Shown here: positions 54,294 through 64,000 of the stretch, piece by piece
How the letters are laid out: each line of letters begins with the position of its first letter
Position numbering within the stretch: position 1 is the first letter of the stretch
DNA from: Octopus vulgaris
Taxonomy: Eukaryota
NCBI GenBank assembly: GCA_951406725.2
Contig: OX597823.1
Location: 33,542,001 to 33,606,000 of the forward strand
Reading direction: 5' to 3'
DNA: 64,000 nt
Program-made: the position numbers and the translations under genes
The notes under the pieces: generated by a model
Told to the model about the DNA's origin: nothing
Database searches by the model: none
The model's input: only the letters and a program-made list of their open reading frames with translations

Positions 54294-54832
54294 ATAAATA
54301 TTAACGTGTAGAATATTGGGCTAAGAAATAGCTTTATATAGAAACATTTCGAAGTTAATAAATTCTTATAATGTAAATAACATACGATTCTTACTGGTAA
54401 GAACAAAAGCTCATGAAATGGAAGCAGATAAGCTGAAGGGTTACTTGATGCAATGGCAGAGTTTTGGTCATCCTTACAGAAGATGTGGGTTCGTCTTCCA
54501 CAGCAGCATTCAAAGGTTATTTTTTAATCCTTACTCCTGCATGGCCCTCAGTCGAATGATTAAAACAGATAAGAAATGAAATATTCTATACGCTATTATT
54601 CATAGCTTTATCTACTTCCAGTTCCTCAAAAAAAAGTAAACGATCCAGTTCAAATTTCTCGACGTTTCTAAATTCTTAAACGACAAACACGAATACATTA
54701 TATGCACTTATATGTGAGTATATATATATATATAGTTAATCCAAACAAGAAAACACAAAAAAACGCAGCAACGCGAGGACGTGGAACAAATAAAGTATTA
54801 CTGGACGCTCAGGAAAGAAGGGAAGAAGGAGG

Positions 54833-54867
54833 GTTTAACGTTTCGAGCGGAGCTCTTCGTCGGAAAC
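54833..54867 (-). ncRNA. Minimal hammerhead motif (U4C core)
   Basis: gttt CCGACGA a gagc-tcc-gctc GAAA cg TT aaac. Confidence 0.68.
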
Positions 54868-55141
54868 AAAGGAGAAGGAAAGATCCCGAGAAGGGAAGAC
54901 AGAGGAAAAAAAATTGCTGGCGGTGCTCATGATATATATATATTATTCGTTTTTGGATTTGGTTTGCAAGATTCTTTATATGAGTTCATGTGTTGAAGCA
55001 TAAGAGTTAAGACTATTGAAAAGGTTACAAGACGCAACGAAAATTTAAGAAAATAAAAATAAGAAATAAGTGGAAATTTTACCGGTGAGTGTGTTAAATA
55101 ATAAGGCACTAAAAGAGAATGACTCTCCCCAGACACAACAG

Positions 55142-55202
<61 letters not shown>

Positions 55203-55283
55203 GTGTGTGTGTGTATTCCTCACATATACATACATACACACATACATACATACATACATACATACATACATACATACAGACAG

Positions 55284-55342
<59 letters not shown>

Positions 55343-55623
55343 CATATATACAAGATTAGAAAATGGAGAAATACATCTAAATCAAATATCAATTACCAGA
55401 TAATACTCAATCACATACTTTATTAAACCACCACATAAGAGACTGTAGGGTTAAATATAAAAAGCAGAACAAATCAGTGTACATAAAGGAATGTACATAA
55501 AAAAAGTATACATGAATAACAAAAAACAGGAGTTACGTAGTCATTTCATTAGCTTACAGCCGTTTCTACTTTAAGTAAATATGCACCCACAGCTGAGTGC
55601 TAGTTCGGCATCTTATAGATCTC

Positions 55624-55672
<49 letters not shown>

Positions 55673-55965
55673 GTGTTACATCTTGCAGTAGACAGGCTTC
55701 ATGCTATAACTCACAGAGGCACGAATATTAATGTGACGACAATGTTGGATATCTCGAGACGGATCTAATTAAGATTACGTGTAATTAAACATAGAAATAT
55801 ACAGGAAACAGCGTTAATCTCTCTGCACAGACAACCACACCGAAAGCAATCACAGAGGAATCTCCCAATACGTCTATGTGTGCGCGCGCACGTGAGTGAG
55901 GGAGTGTGTGCGTATGGCTGTGTGTGAGTGTGTGCGTATGGCTGTGTGTGAGTGTGTGCGTATGG

Positions 55966-56005
<40 letters not shown>

Positions 56006-56361
56006 TCTTTTACTTGTTTTAGTCATCTTGATTGCGGCCATGCTGGGGCACTGCCTTTAGTCGAACAAATCGACGCCGAGACTTATTCTTTTTAAGCCTA
56101 GTACTTATTTTATTGGTTTGCTTTTGCCGAACCGCTAAGTTACGGAGACGTAAACACCAACATCGGTTGTCAAGCGATGGGGGGGGGGGGGGGGTTTACA
56201 TACACAGACACACAAATATATACAACCATGTGGTTGGTAAGCAAGCTACTTATTACCCAGCCACTCCTACGCCTATAACTATGAATGTGCCTGTGTATGT
56301 ATGCGTGTATGTATGTATGTATGTATGTATGTATGTATGTATGTATGTATGTATGTATGTA

Positions 56362-56394
<33 letters not shown>

Positions 56395-56403
56395 ATGTAT
56401 GTA

Positions 56404-56434
<31 letters not shown>

Positions 56435-56947
56435 ATGTATGTATGTATGAATGTATGTGTACATGTATGTGTATGAATGCGTATGTGTACATGTATGTGT
56501 GTGTGTGTGCGTGTGCGCATGTGCATGCGTGAGTAAAACAGACTAAAACGCATTCTACGCATTGGCTTCTGTGTAAACACACGTTTGCATATTTATAATA
56601 TACACTCGTACGTACAATGAAACGGATATGGCTGTGTGGTTAAGAAGTTTGCTTGCAACCAGGTGCGCTCGTGTTCAATTCCACCCTGGGGATCTTCAAC
56701 AGGGTCGATCAATGCATTGCGAATGAATCTCGTAAATGGAAACTGGTGGAAGAATACACACGCACACACACTCACATATACACGCATACACGCTCACACA
56801 CGCATAAAGACGCGCGCGCGCACATACGCACACACACACTTATATACGCGCGCACACACACACACATATACGCGCGCGCACACACACGCACATGCGCGCG
56901 TGTGCACACACGTACACACACATAAACGCGCGCGCGCACACACACAT

Positions 56948-56994
<47 letters not shown>

Positions 56995-56996
56995 CA

Positions 56997-58715
56997 CTCG
57001 AGAGAAGTCAAAAATTATCCGCACCGGGCAAAACTCAGCTGGTTACGTAACCGAGGTTTGGCCTTGATCGCTGCAGTCTGCTTTCTTACGTTACAGAGTG
57101 AACGTGGCCGCTCCGCTCGCATTGTGCAGCAAGGAAGAACAGAGATCTGAGATCCGACTTCTCTAGGTGTGTCATGGGCTGAAATTCACGACAAGCTTTC
57201 AGTACAAAACGGTGACAGCGCTTTATCACGTAGAAGTGTGTATGAAGGAATCGACAAACTTAATAAGGGCGGGACAAGAGTGAAGCACGAAGAGAGAAGA
57301 GGACGCCCATCAACCTCCACCGCTGACGTGAAAATTCAACGAGCTCGATAGAGGCTTTTAGCACCCCGACGAGTGACCATCGATGAGGTACATGTGCTCT
57401 GTAAATTCATCATGGTTCACTATATGAAATCCTCCTCAACAAGCATTGCTTCGTTAAAGTTTGTGCGAGATGGGTGCCAAGAGAGTTTACCAAAGCACGA
57501 TCGCGTGGAGATCTACCATCGCTTTACTCGACCACGATGGCGAGCTGGCAGAAACGTTAGCGCGCCGGGCGAAATGCTTGGCGGTATTTCGTCTGCGTTA
57601 CGCTGTGAGTTCAAATTCCGCCGAGGTCGACTTTGCCTTTCATCCTTTCGGGGTCGATAAATTAAGTACCAGTTACGCACTGGGGTCGATGTAATCGACT
57701 TAATACCTATGTCTGTCCTTGTTTGTTCCCTCTGTGTTTAGCCCCCCGTGGGTAATAAAGAAATAGGTATTTCGTCTGTCGTTATGTTCTGAGTTCAAAT
57801 TCCGCCGAGGTCGACTTTGCCTTTCATCCTTTCGGGGTCGATAAATAAAGTACCAGTTTCGCACTGGGGTCGATGTAATCGACTTAATACCTATGTCTGT
57901 CCTCGTTTGTCCCCTCTATGTGTATCCCCCTTGTGGGCAGTAAAGAAATATACTCGACCGCGATAACAATGAAGGCGAAGCTTTTTTTTTTTTTTTGTTG
58001 GAGAGAATTAGTCACAGATGAGAGCTGGGTTCATCTCTGAGTTAGGTTCTAAGAGGAAGAGTATGGAGCGGAAACACCGGAACGGAAATTGCCAGAAAAA
58101 AAACAAAACAAACAAACTCAAGACTCAACCTTCCACAGAGAAAGTGATGCTAAACCATTTTTGGGGACACAAATGGCCTATACTGGAACATTGCCAGGAA
58201 AAGGGGTCTACATTGCTAGGAAAATGGGTCTACATTGCCAGGAAAAGAGGTCTACAGTCACCAGTGTAGGCTACAGTGAAATGCTGACCAACAAACTGAA
58301 ACCAGCAATTCACACCAAGCACTGAAGTCTGCTGTTAAAGCAAATGTTATTGTTGCAGGACAATGTATACCCCATACGGCCATCCACACCCACTGAAACC
58401 ATTGAAAAATTGAGTTTTGAATTGCTGGAACATCCCACATACAGTCCACATCTTGCCCCTTCTGACCACCATCTCCTTGGACAGCTCAGACATCCTTTAC
58501 AAGGTTGTTGATTTGCAACAGAAGAAGAAGAAGCACAGCAATGGGTCCATAAATGGTTGTGCGGAAAGCTTCTGCTCCGACGGAATGAGCGAGTTTGTGG
58601 ACCACTGGAAGAAATGCGAGGAGACCGTGTCGAAGAAAGAGGTCACTGGTTCAACCCTTGCTTTTGTTTGAATTAATTATAGAAACCAGATTGCGTACAA
58701 TCTTTCACTTACTCT
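56997..58715 (+). mobile_element. Full-length degenerate mariner interrupted by a dimeric SINE
   Basis: EQRSEIR, AEIHDKL..LSRRSVYE, RRGRPSTS, VTDE, LLQDN, HPTYSPHLAPSDHHL; ends resemble the 16990 TIR. Confidence 0.82.
57539..57950 (+). mobile_element. Dimeric SINE family A with 14-bp TSD
   Basis: TSD tactcgacc(a/g)cgat at 57525-57538 / 57951-57964. Confidence 0.9.
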
Positions 58716-58721
58716 TGTTTA

Positions 58722-58799
<78 letters not shown>

Positions 58800-59099
58800 C
58801 ACGCACATACACACACACACATGCGTGTGTATGTAAGTGCGTTTAATCTCTATATACGTATATATACTTCCAAAGCCATACGTATGCCTTCGTGTTCGTT
58901 CCACCACCATTTGACAACCGTTGTTGGTTTGTTTACGGCTCCGTGGCTTGTTGTTTCAACAAAAAGAGACCAATAGAGTAAGTACCAATAACTGGGGTCG
59001 ATTTGTTTCGACAAGAACCTTCAAGGCATTGCTCCAGCCTAGCCGCTATCCAATAAGTAAAAGAAAAGAATACATTAACCTTTTGTCTCTCTCTTTCTT

Positions 59100-59138
<39 letters not shown>

Positions 59139-59178
59139 CCCTCTCTCTGTCTCGGTCTTTCCCTCCCTCTCTCTGTCT

Positions 59179-59225
<47 letters not shown>

Positions 59226-59510
59226 ACACACTAAGGCACTCAATATACGCGCTCACACACAAGCTCAATTTCTGTCTCCCTCTGACACACACTCGCATTT
59301 GCACTCTTTCACCCTCACATTTAAACACACACACACACACACATACACACACACACTGATAGACGCACTCGTACACACGCACTCACGCACGCACACACGC
59401 ATGCAATTTCATTGTTCTCTTTCTATCACTTTCACTGAAACACACACTTTAGCTCTTTATTTCACATGCTCGTCTACACATACACAAACACACACACGTG
59501 GATACATGCA

Positions 59511-59564
<54 letters not shown>

Positions 59565-60125
59565 CATAGATGCACATTCACTCCTATGTCTGTCGGCCAC
59601 TCTCTCACTATTTTTCGGATACACGTACAAACAAATAATGCAGATGTTTACACACACACACGCGCCTGCACACATACACACACACACACACACTGATTCA
59701 AACAGGCCCACAAATACCTCACTTAATGAACATTAGCGTACGCACATTAGCGTACGCACGCACACACGCACGCAATCATTGACATAGCCACACACATACA
59801 CACACGCAAACAAGACAATGAGTGAGCCTCACTGATCCGCTAGAAATAGCAACTAACATTCCCTCAAATTCCACCCTACTTTTTCCAACCAGGAAACACA
59901 CGTGCAGTGAGGTAGTCATGCACTATGAGTGAATCGGAGGCAGGATGTTCATGGATGGAACGGGTTTAGTCATAAGTCTTTTCGATCGGGAAAGATCCAG
60001 TAACATATTACATCACACACACACACACACGCAAGCACGCACGCAAATACATTCTTAAACGAACTTAATTCGTATTTATTCGCTCACACACGTACGATAC
60101 ACACATACAAATACACACACGCATG

Positions 60126-60156
<31 letters not shown>

Positions 60157-60170
60157 GCGCACACACACAC

Positions 60171-60432
60171 ACGTATTCGCTTACCAGCCTGCTAGAAATA
60201 ACAGCCGAATCTCTCTTAAATCAGACCCTACCATCTTAAAGAGTGCACGGATGTAGTCCCAGGTTACACACACACACACACACGCACACACACGCACACG
60301 CACACACTCACACACACACACATACACACACACGTATTCGCTTACCAGCCTGCTAGAAATAACAGCCGAATCTCTCTTAAATCAGACCCTACCATCTTAA
60401 AGAGTGCACGGATGTAGTCCCAGGTTACACAC
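60171..60432 (+). repeat. Identical ~97-bp direct repeat separated by (CA)n
   Basis: cgtattcgcttaccagcctgctagaaataac...gtcccaggttacac occurs twice. Confidence 0.9.
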
Positions 60433-61121
60433 ACGCACACGCACACACACACGCACGCACACGCACACACACACACACACACACACAAATATATGTGCAT
60501 GCATACGCATACGTAACGGAGTGGTCAGGATTGACCTGGGGCTAAAGCACAACAAACACCGTGAAACACATCTCATCCTCTTTTCCTCTCTCTCTCTCCC
60601 TCTTTCACTCTTTCTCATACACACACACATACACTCACATACATGTACTACACACGCAATTTAGTAAATCATGTAATGCACACACACACACGCACAAACA
60701 CATACACACACGCACACACACACAGAGTAAATACTACATATACACACATCCTTCCGTACGGTAACCAACACATACATACATAAATCTTACACACGAGTGC
60801 ACACGGAACGCTTAAATACCATAGTGAACATTAACACCACACACACACATATATCAGTGATACTACAGTCACACACACACACAAACACACACAGAGAAAA
60901 ACACGCACACACAGAAAAACACACACACAGGAAAATACACACATACACACACACACACCGGCACGTACACACACCAGTTCGTCCGACGCATAGAACTTTG
61001 AAGGCAGTCACACGCACACATGCACACACACACACGCACACTCAAATACACGCGCGCTTACTAATAGCCATAGTTACACACGCACACAACCACACTCATA
61101 TATAACGATACACGCGTATAG

Positions 61122-61156
<35 letters not shown>

Positions 61157-61830
61157 TAGCGATAGCCAGCTCTATTTACATACACATAAATATGCACACA
61201 CACACATAACACTACGCGCGCGCATAGATGCACACACACTCTCGCTCATGCATACATACACAATCACGCATACCATAAGCTCAGCTACTCACATAGACAC
61301 ACATTCATATAGCGTTACATACGGCTATGAGCACAGCTACACTCACACACCACTGATATAAGAGCTACACTCACACATACATTTAAACACAAACACGAAT
61401 AGCCGTATCCACTAACGCACACATGTACATACAGCAACGTACACAAAACCAAACACACGTATATATATGTATACATATGCATGCTTGTATATACCTATAT
61501 GTACACACTTACAGACTCATAGGTGTATCCACACACGCACGCACATATACGTAAACGCATACACAGCCACGCATACGGCCATAAGCAGAGTCACTCACAC
61601 GGCTACTCACATCCACTCACACACACAAAAGCCACATACATCCGTCAGTGTCGACAAGCTATTTATTGTAAAGCTATGCGTTGGATACATGTGGCTGTTT
61701 GTCACTTGAAGTATCTCGAACACCATAATACAGCAACATGTGTGTTGTCATTACACACCTGTGTGTCTCGTATACACACCTCTAGACGGACATAACTTAT
61801 CCAAACTCGTATACATACATATACATATAC

Positions 61831-61864
<34 letters not shown>

Positions 61865-62771
61865 GCATGTATGTATATTTGGATATGTACATGTTTGTAT
61901 GTAGTATGTTTGGGTTTACGAGCGGAAAAAAAGAACTCAATACGTGACGCAGGGTATATATAATATTTTCTGAGATTTGCTACTGGAGTTACTCAAAGGC
62001 CTAGGATTTCGTGTCAAGGTACACAACATATATTTATACATATGTATTTATGCATACATACACACAACTTTTGCATGCATATCCGCACGAACATGTATAT
62101 ATGCTAATGTTTTCATCACACTTATGCACAGATATATGTGTGTATGTATTTATTCGTGCACACAACTATCTCGACTTAAGAGAAATAACAGCGTACACTT
62201 AAAACAACTCTGAACATAATACATATATACACAAATACAAACACTCGCATTCAGACATTACACACACACACACACACACACGCACACACACACGCACGCA
62301 CACACACACACACGCACGCACACACACACACACACAGAGTTCATTGCACGCACACGTTCATATACATATATTGTTATACATTTTATATTTTTACGCACAC
62401 ACACACACACACACACTCCTTCAACACTCAGAAAAGAGAGAGAGAGGGGGGAGAGAAAGAGAAGAAAGTAAAAAAAAAAGGAGAAAAGAGGAGAAAATAA
62501 CAGATGAGAAATATAGTGTAGGTGGTGATGGTGGTGGTAGTGGTGAGAGGGAGAGAGAAAGAAAATGAGAGAGGGTGAGAGAGAGGCTTGTGTGGTTTAT
62601 TAGTTCAGTAGGATGTTGTTGAGGTTCGATTCTCAGTGCTGTCACGTTTAACCCCGCTCAGACAGATCACAGAACTAATAACAACAGCAACCACACTTCA
62701 TCCATCTTCCTATATACACCAGATTCAACGTGGATTTCTCAGTATTAACGGATAAACTACGAACTAACTTG

Positions 62772-62963
62772 ATGGGTTGTGCACCCAGCATACGTGGGTC
62801 CCGACCTGGCTACTGTCGGGACCGAGCCGATGACTCGAACTCGTCACCGGTGGCCAGGTCACAACCGAAGTTAAGTCGCTTCTTCCCAATGTCACATGCG
62901 TTACGCTCCGGCAATTTACCCACGGATAACCCGGAGAGCAACGAACCACCACCCAATGAACAG
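62772..62963 (+). CDS. PDE8: First coding exon of cAMP-specific phosphodiesterase 8 (exon 62723-62963)
   Basis: MGCAPSIRGSRPGYCRDRADDSNSSP resembles the vertebrate PDE8B start [26 protein letters not shown] (recalled, not searched); donor CAG|GTAAGT at 62963 (phase 0); candidate acceptor ..caccag| at 62722; GC-richer island. Confidence 0.82.
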
Positions 62964-62999
62964 GTAAGTTTGTCTTTCTCGACATCTTTCTATATGTGA

Positions 63000-63037
<38 letters not shown>

Positions 63038-63094
63038 GAAATATCAGTACCTTGGTATGCACCTGTATGCATGTATTTAATTGCTATCACGTTC

Positions 63095-63205
<111 letters not shown>

Positions 63206-63531
63206 CATACATACACATGTATATATAAACATCTAATGATGAGGTTGCTACACATGTATATATGCGTGCGTGTGTTTGTGTGAAGAAACACATGCATATA
63301 CATATGGATGCATGTGTATATCTATCAGTCTATTTATTATTATTCACCCATGCATAATATTTATGTATGTGCATATGTGCACACGCACACACACATATAT
63401 GCTTATATTTTTAATATAGTAATTTTGCGCGCGTACACACATATGCAAATATGTGCTTATTTCTTTCTCTCTGTCTTTCGCTGTACATACATACATACAT
63501 ACATACATACATACATACATACATACATACA

Positions 63532-63562
<31 letters not shown>

Positions 63563-63959
63563 GTATGTATATACATACATATATACATACATGCGTACAT
63601 ACTTACATGGGTATTTGTTAATGTCTGCATAAATATTATTGCTGTAATACTACTGATGCTCAAAACACACAATCCCACTCACCCAGTACGAATTATGAGT
63701 AGGTGTATATAGTCATTATATGTGTGTGCATTTATGCATGTGTGTATAGATATAGTTGGGGGTATATATGTATACGTGTTTATAGGTGTGCATGCATGTG
63801 ACACGACATACATACATGCATACATACATACATACATAATGCATATATATATATATATATAAATAAACGCGTGCACTACATAATATATAAAGTTACATGA
63901 ACAATACATTAGTTTGTAATTATTCCATTGATGTTTTCTCCGCTCTATGTTTACATTTT

Positions 63960-64000
<41 letters not shown>

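Overview
Eukaryotic, AT-rich, microsatellite-saturated DNA, most likely an Octopus (cephalopod) genome; this is inferred from the tRNA-SINE families and the repeat landscape. Nearly all ORFs in the supplied track are microsatellite artefacts. The only host coding sequence I can support is one exon at 62723-62963 whose ATG (62772) starts MGCAPSI...YCRD, the N-terminal signature of phosphodiesterase 8 (PDE8), so the window is probably PDE8 upstream region and/or 5'-UTR intron. The rest is transposon-derived: a near-intact CR1-group LINE, R4/Dong-like REL-LINE fragments in microsatellites, Penelope-like elements (PLEs), mariner/Tc1, MULE, hAT, Helitron/Helentron-type elements and three tRNA-SINE families. 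The most striking unannotated structure is a dense set (more than 10) of minimal type-I hammerhead-ribozyme (HHR) motifs, several with variant cores (U3-A8, U4C), many inside fold-back DNA. It includes a twice-occurring palindromic element whose arms run outward as tRNA-like Pol III head, trinucleotide microsatellite, HHR. All calls are by eye; no database searches were run and boundaries of decayed repeats are approximate.
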